A stretch of DNA of 64,000 nt. Origin: a bacterium (GTDB lineage: Bacteria > UBA8248). The DNA is taken from the NCBI GenBank assembly GCA_965204535.1, contig CBDBEV010000001.1:1728001-1792000 (forward strand), read 5' to 3'. The notes beneath the pieces were generated by a model. The model ran no database searches and was not told where the DNA came from. It saw only the letters and a program-made list of their open reading frames with translations. A program made the translations under genes and the position numbers. Position 1 is the first letter of the stretch. Every line of letters starts with the position of its first letter. Positions 1-8,470 of this stretch are shown piece after piece.

Positions 1-51
1 CTTGCCCACGCCGCCCTTGTTGTTGAAAAACGTAAGAACTGGAACGGTCAT
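1..51 (-). CDS. ParA/Soj-family ATPase, N-terminal part (continues off the left edge)
   Basis: Manual translation MTVPVLTFFNNKGGVGK contains the deviant Walker A (KGGVGK); ATG overlaps the upstream TGA (ATGA). Confidence 0.85.
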   Translation of the reverse strand, partial: MTVPVLTFFNNKGGVGK

Positions 52-1256
52 CCGTTCTTTCCTTCGATAATTGCCAAAATGAAGTTGTCGTTCACTTCAA
101 ATCGAAGCTCGGGGTTTCCATTGTCTACAAGCGCCTTACGCGCATTCGCGATGCCTACCCCGAAGCGTTGCACGAAACCGAGCACTTTCATGGCTTCCGC
201 CAGGTTCGGGTTGCGGTAGTCGGTCACGCCAGGCCGCCCGAAATTCTCCCGCGTCACACTGCCGAACGGCCCACCAGGATTCTGGAACTCAATGCGATTA
301 TTAAACCATGTAATCCTTACCGGCGCGTTTGTGCCTTCGTAAGTTCGGTGCATAATTGCATTCCGCGAAATCTGCTGAAGAGCGACGAGTGGATAGGATG
401 GTGATCTGAGTTCCGTATCCGATGTCGTCAAATCGACTCGCGTATGGATATGCGCTTTCATCTTCTCGTCAATCCGCCTTACTACCAAGGCCAAATCACC
501 GCTGATTTCTTCCTCGTCGATTACGTCGTCCGACAATTCCGTTCCGTCAATACGGAGAAACTGAACCCATGCGTTGAAGATATCATCCCGAGGACTCGTG
601 CCGAATGTTAAGAGGCCAAGGACGGTCGGTATGGGTTCGTCTGCCGAGGCAACCATTTTCGTAGCCGCGAGGCGTTCGGTCAGGCTTCGCTCGTTTTCTT
701 CGAGGGTTTCCGCATCAAATGCCCTAGGAAGGTATTCATTTTCAAACTGGTATTGATTCAAGGCAGAGATATCGGCAGTCGGCACGGGTTGGATGTCGAA
801 GGGTATATCCAGGGCGCGTCTTTTCTCGTTAAGAATGCGCTCATCTTGCGCCGTCGCAACGTCGCGCCTCGGGCCAATCCGTACATGGATGCGCCCTCGA
901 TAACGCACCGGAGGGGAGTCCGACGGCGTCACGGTGACAACGGCCACGTCGCTACCCATCATCTCTCTCTTCTCGACCAGCATGGTAGGCGGCGGCACAA
1001 TCTGGCCGTCACTCTTCACGTCGGCAAGTTGACGCAAAACCTCATCCGTAATTCTCAGTCCCGTTGGTCGCCCTTTGTCGTCGACACCCACAAACAAGAT
1101 GCCCGGCTGCCCGGAGCCCGGCAAGTCGTTGGCAAAGGCGCAAACTGCTCTTCTGATATCACGCGGAGTTTGTCCACCTAGGCTTTCTTTGAACTCAACG
1201 CGAAAATTCTCCCCCTCTTCGAGAAGTCTTTCCAGTTCCTGATCATCCAATCTCAT
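48..1256 (-). CDS. Schlafen/AlbA_2 domain + HATPase_c_4 (RecG C-terminal-like) protein
   Basis: VEFKES...VCAFAN...LFVGVDD AlbA_2 signature; NAIMHRTY, NPGG, RNPNLA, FGVGI C-terminal motifs. Confidence 0.85.
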   Translation of the reverse strand: MRLDDQELERLLEEGENFRVEFKESLGGQTPRDIRRAVCAFANDLPGSGQPGILFVGVDDKGRPTGLRITDEVLRQLADVKSDGQIVPPPTMLVEKREMMGSDVAVVTVTPSDSPPVRYRGRIHVRIGPRRDVATAQDERILNEKRRALDIPFDIQPVPTADISALNQYQFENEYLPRAFDAETLEENERSLTERLAATKMVASADEPIPTVLGLLTFGTSPRDDIFNAWVQFLRIDGTELSDDVIDEEEISGDLALVVRRIDEKMKAHIHTRVDLTTSDTELRSPSYPLVALQQISRNAIMHRTYEGTNAPVRITWFNNRIEFQNPGGPFGSVTRENFGRPGVTDYRNPNLAEAMKVLGFVQRFGVGIANARKALVDNGNPELRFEVNDNFILAIIEGKNG

Positions 1257-4200
1257 TTCGGCGCCTCCGCACGTTCCAGCAGCCGTTTCAAATTGTACTG
1301 GATGGCGTCCTGCTCGAAGTTCGGTTCGTGTTCATCCAAAGCGCCCCGGACATAGCGTGGCGCATTTGAAGAGCCGTTACTCACTTCAACTATCGCGAGA
1401 ATGAACTTTTCCGGCTCGTGTAATGAAGTGATGATCTCCTGGCGGGTAATCATAACGGATTGAGCGCCATCCGCTCGACCTTTGACCTCGATGAACCGAT
1501 AACCCTTGGCGTCGGGGTCGAAAGATTCGATGTCGTAGCCGACCTTTTTCGCCGAGACGTCGACCGGTTTGTTGCCAAGCTCCCGCTCGATTTCCATGAC
1601 TGCATTCATGGCTGCCAGCTCGATTTCCCGCCGTGCATCTACGTCGGCTGAAAAATCCTCAGAGACACCCTCATCTATCAGACCACGAGGGATGACGAGC
1701 ATGCCGCCGCGAACGCGAGGGGGTCGGGACGAGATGAATTTCTCCTGCTCCAGAAGTACCATACGCCGCTGCAGGCGATCAGCCAAATCCTCGGCGCGCT
1801 GCTTGGCGTTTTGCCAATTCAGCCTCGTCTTCCTGCCGGCGCGCTCCTGTTCTTTCAGCTCGAAGGCGCGGGAATCCCAATAGTTAATCTCTTTCTTCAG
1901 ACGCGCTTCAACTTCACGCTCGACTTTTTCGATTTCCGGCAGGCGGCGCGCCCGGATAGCCTCGACATGCTCGCGCGCCAACTCCGTAGTCGCGAACTCC
2001 GTCGCCCTTTGCTCAAAATCGCTCCGCAACCACGCCTCGGTCGATGCGTCCTCGATGAATGCGATCTCCTCCTGACGAGCGGGGCGCAGGTTAAGGTGCG
2101 GTGCGATTCCCGCGCTGTTCACAGCGCCATCCTTGCCGATGGCCGCAAACTGGAGTTTTTCAGAAACGATGTGCGGCTTTCCGGTTGCTGTCGTCCGCGC
2201 GTCCTGGACGCTGTGCTCCAGCAGCACCACGGCCGATAACGCTTCGCTCGGGTCAGTTTCATCAACCAGGACCGCACCCTGCTGCATCAGATAGCCGTAC
2301 TTCTCGCGTATGATGCTGATCACGGCTTCGAGTAGCGGGTGTCCGGGCGCAACAAAAACGGCGACGGGCTGCTGGTCAATCTTGTCTTTCTCGAAGCAGA
2401 TGCGCTCGTAGCGTCTTTGTACAACAGCTCCGAAGCCGACCTGGCGGTCGCGTTCTCGAATGGCAGCAGGAACATGGGTAATCTCCCAGCGGCCTACTTC
2501 GCGCTTTTTCATGCGTCCGCCGAGATGCTGGAATGCCTCAATGAAAAAGCTCTGGATATGGCAGGGTTGTAGGCGCTGGGCTTCTGCACGCTCCATTTCG
2601 AGCCGAAGCTCCTCGACCGTAGCCGCCCCAAGAGAGTCATTGGTCAGGGCGCGGCGCTCTAATAGTCGCAATAAACGGTCTTGATCCGCTGCACCGTCGA
2701 CTTTTTGGAACAGCCGGGCCTTCACCTCTTCCTGCTCGCCGTACTGAATCGCCTCGAACAGGAGGTCTTTGAGCGCCGTATCCTCAAAGAGTTCCCCGAG
2801 CACATCGTAGACACGTCCCCCGAGCGCCTCGCGCGCAGTTTCCAGCTTGTCCAGCAACCGTGCATAAACTTCCCCCTCGCGCGTGTCCGTTGCAACCAGA
2901 TTCCACAAGTGACAAACCTCGGTCTGCCCGATGCGGTGAATGCGCCCGAAGCGCTGCTCGATCCGGTTCGGGTTCCAGGGCAGGTCATAATTGACCATCA
3001 GATGCCCGCGCTGGAGGTTCACTCCCTCACCTGCTGCATCGTTCGCGACCAGCACCAGCAAATCGCGGTCGGCCATGAAACGCTCAACGATCTTGCGCCG
3101 TTCTTCGCGGCGGACGCCGCCATGGATGGCCGCTACCGCCTCGGGGTTGCCCAGGCGCGCGCGGATTTTATCGACAAGGTAGTTGAGCGTGTCCTTGGGT
3201 TCCGTGAAGACGATGAGCTTCCGCCGGACACCGCTTGGGTCCGTCATCAATGGGTCATCCAGAATTCGGTCGAGTTGCGACCACTTCGTGTCCTGCCCCG
3301 AATGGAGCACGCCAAGCGCCTGGCGCTCCAGACTCTGGAGCGTCTCAATCTCCAAGGCGAGTTGCTCGGCCGTCTCGGACGCTGTGGATCCTGTAGCGAT
3401 GCGCTCTTCCAAGGCTTCTGCTTCGTCTTGGCCGAATTCTTCGAAGTCCTGCCACTCTTCATCATCCACTTCCATAGCGCCAGGACGAACCCCTTGACTT
3501 TTCGCTGCCAGTCGCGCCTCGCCAAGCTGAAACTCGAGCCGCTTACGCCGACGCTTCAGGGACTGGTAGATCGCAGCTGGGGAAGAGGCAAGTCTGCGCT
3601 GTAGGATTTGCAGGGCGAACCCGACAGTGTTTCGCTTCCGCCCGTCGCTTTCCGCAAAGCGCTGGACGCGGTTCATCTCTTTGCGGACATAGTTGGTGAC
3701 AGCGGTATAAAGAGCGGCTTCGTCGGGCGAGAGTTCGTACTTCGCGGTGTAGGCGCGCCGCTCTGGGAACAAGGGTCGCGCATCGAAGCGCAGCAACTCT
3801 TCCTTGGTAAGTCTGCGCATCAGGTCTTCGGTGTCGGCTAAATGAACGCCGTCGCGGAATCGCCCTTCGAACCTGTCGCCATCCAGCAGCGCCATGAAAA
3901 GCTGAAAATCCTCCTCCTTGCCGTTGTGGGGTGTCGCGGTCATGAGCAGGAAATGGCGGCAAACCCGGCCCAGAAGCTGGCCAATCCGGTAACGCTTCGT
4001 GTACTTCACCTCACCGCCGAACCAGGTGGCGGCCATACGGTGGGCCTCGTCGCAAACAATCAAATCCCATTCGGTGGCTTGTTCGAGCTTCTCCTGAAGC
4101 GTTTCGTCACGCGCCAACATGTCGAGGCGCGCGATCAGCCAGTTGCGGTCCTCAAAGGGATTCCCGGAACGTGAGGACTCGATCATCTCGCGAGTGAGGA

Positions 4201-4744
4201 TATCGAATTCCAGACCGAATTTTTCTCCGAACTCGTCCTGCCATTGCTCGACCAAGCTTCCGGGGGCAACGATCAGGCAACGTTCCAGAGCGGCACGCGC
4301 GATGAGTTCTTTAATCAGCAGCCCGGCCATGATCGTCTTGCCCGCGCCCGGATCGTCGGCGAGCAGAAAGCGTAACGGTTGGCGTGGGATCATCTCGTCA
4401 TAGACGGCGGATATCTGGTGGGGCAGCGGGTCCACACGGCTGGTGTGGATGGCGAGGTAAGGATCGAAGTGGTACGCGAGTTCTATCCGGTTCGCCTCTG
4501 TGACCAATCGCAGGAGCGCCCCGTCGCCGTCGAATGACCATGTTCGGCCACGCTCGTCGATGCCAAGGCGCGGTTCATCATCACGATATAGAGTAGTCTC
4601 TGACACGCTGCCGTTCGGATCACGATAGATCAGATTTATCGCCTGGTTGCCAATCCATTCGACCGAAACTACTTGCACCGGCTGGTCTGGAACCACTCCT
4701 CGGACCATGGTGCCAGGGCCGATGTCTTCAAGCACACTCATCAA
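1253..4744 (-). CDS. SNF2-family helicase with C-terminal DUF3883 (PD-(D/E)xK-type) nuclease domain
   Basis: LLADDPGAGKT, DEAH, TATPH, QRFGRIHRIGQ helicase motifs; C-terminal GYDIES...FIEVKG. Confidence 0.92.
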   Translation of the reverse strand: MMSVLEDIGPGTMVRGVVPDQPVQVVSVEWIGNQAINLIYRDPNGSVSETTLYRDDEPRLGIDERGRTWSFDGDGALLRLVTEANRIELAYHFDPYLAIHTSRVDPLPHQISAVYDEMIPRQPLRFLLADDPGAGKTIMAGLLIKELIARAALERCLIVAPGSLVEQWQDEFGEKFGLEFDILTREMIESSRSGNPFEDRNWLIARLDMLARDETLQEKLEQATEWDLIVCDEAHRMAATWFGGEVKYTKRYRIGQLLGRVCRHFLLMTATPHNGKEEDFQLFMALLDGDRFEGRFRDGVHLADTEDLMRRLTKEELLRFDARPLFPERRAYTAKYELSPDEAALYTAVTNYVRKEMNRVQRFAESDGRKRNTVGFALQILQRRLASSPAAIYQSLKRRRKRLEFQLGEARLAAKSQGVRPGAMEVDDEEWQDFEEFGQDEAEALEERIATGSTASETAEQLALEIETLQSLERQALGVLHSGQDTKWSQLDRILDDPLMTDPSGVRRKLIVFTEPKDTLNYLVDKIRARLGNPEAVAAIHGGVRREERRKIVERFMADRDLLVLVANDAAGEGVNLQRGHLMVNYDLPWNPNRIEQRFGRIHRIGQTEVCHLWNLVATDTREGEVYARLLDKLETAREALGGRVYDVLGELFEDTALKDLLFEAIQYGEQEEVKARLFQKVDGAADQDRLLRLLERRALTNDSLGAATVEELRLEMERAEAQRLQPCHIQSFFIEAFQHLGGRMKKREVGRWEITHVPAAIRERDRQVGFGAVVQRRYERICFEKDKIDQQPVAVFVAPGHPLLEAVISIIREKYGYLMQQGAVLVDETDPSEALSAVVLLEHSVQDARTTATGKPHIVSEKLQFAAIGKDGAVNSAGIAPHLNLRPARQEEIAFIEDASTEAWLRSDFEQRATEFATTELAREHVEAIRARRLPEIEKVEREVEARLKKEINYWDSRAFELKEQERAGRKTRLNWQNAKQRAEDLADRLQRRMVLLEQEKFISSRPPRVRGGMLVIPRGLIDEGVSEDFSADVDARREIELAAMNAVMEIERELGNKPVDVSAKKVGYDIESFDPDAKGYRFIEVKGRADGAQSVMITRQEIITSLHEPEKFILAIVEVSNGSSNAPRYVRGALDEHEPNFEQDAIQYNLKRLLERAEAPK

Positions 4745-5067
4745 ATGACCTCACCTGCTGAAATGGAATTTCCGCGCACTGTTCTTCTTGACACTGTCAA
4801 TGATCGTTTTCTTGTCAACGAGGAGGGACTATAACATGGTAGTTTCGGTAACGCATTTTGTCTGCGAAAGTTGAAGCTCGTCTATCTAAACGACCTGATG
4901 TACGGGAATACGGAGTACGAAATGAGCGGATACGCAGGAATACCTTACATCTACTGAGTGCTCGCTGCAGACGCTTGGGAAGGATACCGAAGCACATAAT
5001 TTCGTGGATTAGGGCGACCCGGCAACAGGAAAGAAAAGGGAATTATATAGCTGACTAAGCAAAAAGG

Positions 5068-5158
5068 GCTACCCAGGCGGGATTCGAGCCCGCAAGCCCC
5101 CCAGCAGGGCACCAGATTCGCAATCTGGTGTGTATACCGATTCCACCACCGGAATAGC
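5068..5158 (-). tRNA. tRNA-like/pseudo-tRNA: Leu-type class II body, anticodon GCG
   Basis: D arm TGGTGGAATCGGTATACAC; anticodon arm CCAGA-TTGCGAA-TCTGG; long variable arm GCCC..GGGC; T arm GCGGG-CTCGAAT-CCCGC; bulged acceptor helix; no CCA. Confidence 0.65.
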
Positions 5159-5328
5159 TGGCCGAGGACATTCCTGGTTTCGATGTCCTCGGTCATCGCG
5201 CATGTGAACGCCACCCCTCTCAGCCAATGGCAGGAATCTTATGGGATCCCAAACGAGAGGGGTGACTTGCCGCCCATAGGCGGCCAATTCATTGGGTATT
5301 ACTCATTGAATTAGACGGGGAGACCGAT

Positions 5329-5466
5329 ATGCAAATATATCTTTCGAAAGACCGACTGGAATTACGGCCGCAATCAGACGATGAATGGAAAGTCCTACAA
5401 GGACTCGCCATTGCTCTCAAGGCGCTACGTTCTGTTCAGGGGGGGATCAAGATCTTCAATCAATAG
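5329..5466 (+). CDS. small hypothetical protein (45 aa), below the ORF-track cut-off
   Basis: GGGGAG Shine-Dalgarno, then MQIYLSKDRLELRPQSDDEWKVLQGLAIALKALRSVQGGIKIFNQ*. Confidence 0.4.
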   Translation: MQIYLSKDRLELRPQSDDEWKVLQGLAIALKALRSVQGGIKIFNQ

Positions 5467-5733
5467 AGCCTCTATTGCCTTCCGCTTGGCTTCATCCGGA
5501 ACCGTTAGTGCCTGAATGTGGGTAACTCCAAGTTTCACAGCACCTTTCCATTTTTCGTGGGACTTGACCAGACGGGTTGAAAAGCTATCTGTTCGCCCAA
5601 CGTATAGGGGTTCATGCTTGTCTTTTGATGCAATATATTTCGTGAAAATATATACCCCAGGAGCATCGCTCCATTTTTGGGGGATATCGTAAACATTAAA
5701 CTCAAATTCCAACCATTTCATTGTTTCGGGCAT
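5425..5733 (-). CDS. small GIY-YIG nuclease-family protein
   Basis: PGVYIF...LYVGRT...RL...E...PPLN pattern. Confidence 0.75.
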   Translation of the reverse strand: MPETMKWLEFEFNVYDIPQKWSDAPGVYIFTKYIASKDKHEPLYVGRTDSFSTRLVKSHEKWKGAVKLGVTHIQALTVPDEAKRKAIEALLIEDLDPPLNRT

Positions 5734-6063
5734 TTATTTCTCCTTTCTGGGTGGAGTTTTAAATCCTATCTGGTGGCGCTCGTCAGTAATTTCGGTGTTT
5801 TGCTGTAATGCTTTTTCTCTCAATTCACTCAATAAATTATGTCCCGCCCATGTCAAGCCTTTGATTACATAGTCCACGCCACCGTCCTCACCATCGACGG
5901 TTTCCAGGTAATATTCGAAATCAATGCAGTTTTTCTCTTGTAGCAATTCGACATGATAATCGATCTCGCCTTGGTCATATCCAGAGATATGTAAAACTGG
6001 ACTCGCTTCCTCGGCTTCAATTTTCTCGAGTATTCTTAGAACAAGCTGAATATCCCGTTTCAT
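5734..6063 (-). CDS. DUF2513-family protein
   Basis: MKRDIQLVLRILEKIE...YHVELL...LTWAGH signature. Confidence 0.8.
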   Translation of the reverse strand: MKRDIQLVLRILEKIEAEEASPVLHISGYDQGEIDYHVELLQEKNCIDFEYYLETVDGEDGGVDYVIKGLTWAGHNLLSELREKALQQNTEITDERHQIGFKTPPRKEK

Positions 6064-6329
6064 TTCTTTTCTTCCGTGACTGATTGAAGATAATTGACCA
6101 AATTTTCTATCTTTTCTAATTCAATGGAATAATGACATCCCCCGTTGCCAATGAGATCTTGGGTTTTATCGTTCGATATCACCACAAGGGAAATTTCCCC
6201 CTTTTTCGTTTGTTGTATATCGAAGTCCTCGATTTTTACTGGAGTCCTGAATCTATTTCTTGCTTCTGCCGCAAATTCCTTGCTACTCATATTATCAATG
6301 GCGTAATCTCTCATTATTCTTTCTCCCAA
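6060..6329 (-). CDS. hypothetical protein
   Basis: AT-rich ORF coupled by ATGA overlap to the DUF2513 gene; start uncertain. Confidence 0.55.
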   Translation of the reverse strand: MGERIMRDYAIDNMSSKEFAAEARNRFRTPVKIEDFDIQQTKKGEISLVVISNDKTQDLIGNGGCHYSIELEKIENLVNYLQSVTEEKK

Positions 6330-6500
6330 TCCCAGACGGCTGTTTTGTCAGTGTGTGGGTCGACCATTTGCTTATTGATGATCGAGGGTGAACCCGTGAG
6401 GGTGCCGCGGACTTCCAAATTTCCCTTCTTTGCTCAGACCTTCCCCCTTTCTGCGGACGCACTATGCCCCCGCACCCACTTGACAAAAAAATGGAAAGAA

Positions 6501-6542
6501 GGGGTATTTCAGGGCACATTCTAGAGTGTCCTGAAATACCCC
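6501..6542. repeat. long inverted repeat
   Basis: GGGGTATTTCAGGGCAC...GTGTCCTGAAATACCCC. Confidence 0.7.
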
Positions 6543-6701
6543 TCACCACGCCTCCGGCTGCTACCGGGGGCTTTTCACGTCTGGCATTCTATTCTGAACA
6601 TGCTGATCGATCAACCGAATTTTACAAATTCGGTCTGCCGACCCACGTTATATAGGCGTTCGCATGAAACTTCGGTACCCAAAACACCGGGAGGTCCCGA
6701 A

Positions 6702-7328
6702 ATGTTCGAGCAAGTGGCGAAACCACGCTTGCGCGGAAACTGCCAGCTGGTGCGATACGCCGATGACTTTGTCGTCGCCTTCGAAGACCACCACAAAGGC
6801 AAGCGATTACTCGATGTGCTGGGCAAACGTCTCGGTCGATACGGACTCACGCTCCATGAGGCCAAGACGCGCTATGTGGACTTCCGCCGGAGGCGTCCCT
6901 ACGGGCGACACTGGATGGCGTCGGCCACGTCGTTCGGCTTCCTCGGCTTCACCCACGTCTGGGGGCGGTCGATGCGAGGCAAGGACGTCGTTCGTCAAAT
7001 CACGGCGAAAGGCCACTTCACCCGCGCGCTGAAATCGGTGCACGAGTGGTGCAAGAGACACCGGCACCTGCCGGTCAAGGCGCAGCGTGACTATCTCGTC
7101 CGGGTGATACGAGGCCACTGCGCATATTACGGTCTGACAGGGAACGGCAAGCGTCTTCGGTGGTTCCGCTACCAGATGGCTCGCACGTGGCGGCAGTAGC
7201 TTTCGCGCCGCAGCCGCCTGCACCGGATGAACTGGGACCGGATGAACGCGCTCCTCATGCGATACCCCCTTCCATTTGTCTCGTACGCGCGCTCACGGCA
7301 AAGCTCCTTGAGCGAACCAGTCAGGTGA
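6702..7328 (+). pseudogene. ltrA: group II intron reverse transcriptase/maturase fragment (5'-truncated, internal TAG)
   Basis: LVRYADDF, FGFLGFTH, GHCAYYG motifs; TAG at 7197-7199 sits where W of W-LSRRS is expected, and the frame continues to TGA at 7326-7328. Confidence 0.88.
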
Positions 7329-7329
7329 G

Positions 7330-7401
7330 GGACCGAGTGCGTCAATCGCGCACGCTCGGATCTGTGGGGGGAGGGCTCGACAACGACCCCTCCTACCCGG
7401 C
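7330..7401 (+). ncRNA. group II intron domains V-VI and 3' end
   Basis: GACCGAGTGCG-TCAAT-CGCGCACGCTCGGATC (DV-like), then GGGGAGGG..CCCTCCTACCCGGC (DVI with bulged A). Confidence 0.85.
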
Positions 7402-7796
7402 CCCGAACGCGTAACCGTTCGCTGGTGGGGTGATAATGCCGCAAGGCTCAGAGGCAGTTGTTGGTATGGCACGGGGTATCCGGTTTGGGACGGCGGATTT
7501 TTGATGCTCATCACCCTGCCACCGAATGGTTACGAACGCTTACGGACGCGCGCCCGCCGTGATGCGCTGGAGTTTGAACGAGTCCGCTTTCGGCTTGATT
7601 ACGGAGCGGGGAGGGCGGATTCCGGCAGAAACAGATATCTCATTTAGTATCAATGAGATAAATGGATTTTACCGTTGTCGGAAATGGCTTGAAAAATCTA
7701 ATTTATCGAAAAACCCCGTGAATTTATCGATATTTACCGTATTTTTCAGTATTTCCCCAAAGCCTCGAAGAGGCCGAACCCGACCGGGGAGAGGCG

Positions 7797-7996
7797 GTTG
7801 AAAAAGCCATCCACGCTCGGAATTCACCGCCGCCGGAATGACCAACAAAGCCGCAAGAACTGTAGGGACAGGCCCCCGTGCCTGTCCGATGCCCTGTTCT
7901 ACAAGGGACTACCACAGGGGGTTGTCCCTACAATTCCCCCTCCCCCGGCCGGCTCCATACGCAGAATCACGAAAGCAGGCCTTTTTCAACAGCCCC
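7797..7996. mobile_element. MITE-like composite element with GTTGAAAAA...TTTTTCAAC ends, enclosing a GTAG-REP doublet (7862-7931)
   Basis: Inverted ends; right end about 45 nt nearly identical to 59616-59660; 7862-7887 identical to 19356-19381. Confidence 0.6.
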
Positions 7997-8470
7997 GATG
8001 AAAGAGCAATCGCGCTTCCCCGGGAAGGGGAAAATCGCGCCTCCTGAAGCCGAATCGCCCGAATCATTTCTCCCCTCCTCGCGCCGGCAAGCGCGGCAAT
8101 CCCCCGAGCGGGATCGATTTTCCGCGAGGGATTCTCTCCCGCCCCGCGAAAAACCCGATAACGCCAAATGCGGGAAAATGCGCGGCATGAAGAACGCCAA
8201 CCATTCCACCGGACATCTCGCGCCCATTCGTATTCGCGCGCGCCGCATCACCGGATTTCCGCTATCTCCCCCTGAAAAATCTTGCTCCCGCGCGCTGCAT
8301 ATCGTAACCTAAACGCATAAAGAGTATTCACGACATTTTCACGCCCGCTTCGCCGCATCGGAAACGAAGCAGCGCATCTCGTCCACGCCTCGATGAGGCC
8401 GGGTGTCGGCGCGCACGAACGCCCCGTCGCGCTTCCCGGCGCGGACGGCCCAAGACACGAGGAGAACGCC

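Noticed and set aside
18-31. TTGTTGAAAAAC resembling the MITE end
   Set aside because: It is coding sequence for FFNN of the ParA N-terminus.
4788-4800. Perfect palindrome TTGACACTGTCAA upstream of the helicase
   Set aside because: Possible operator or -35 box, but I found no correctly spaced -10 element, so no promoter is called.
7197-7199. TAG read-through (pyrrolysine) in the RT
   Set aside because: The position corresponds to a Trp (TGG>TAG) in an already truncated gene.
5068-7328. Retron or DGR interpretation of the RT plus nearby structured RNA
   Set aside because: The RT is followed by group II DV/DVI, is truncated and has a nonsense codon; no TR/VR pair seen; the structured RNA is more than 1.3 kb away.
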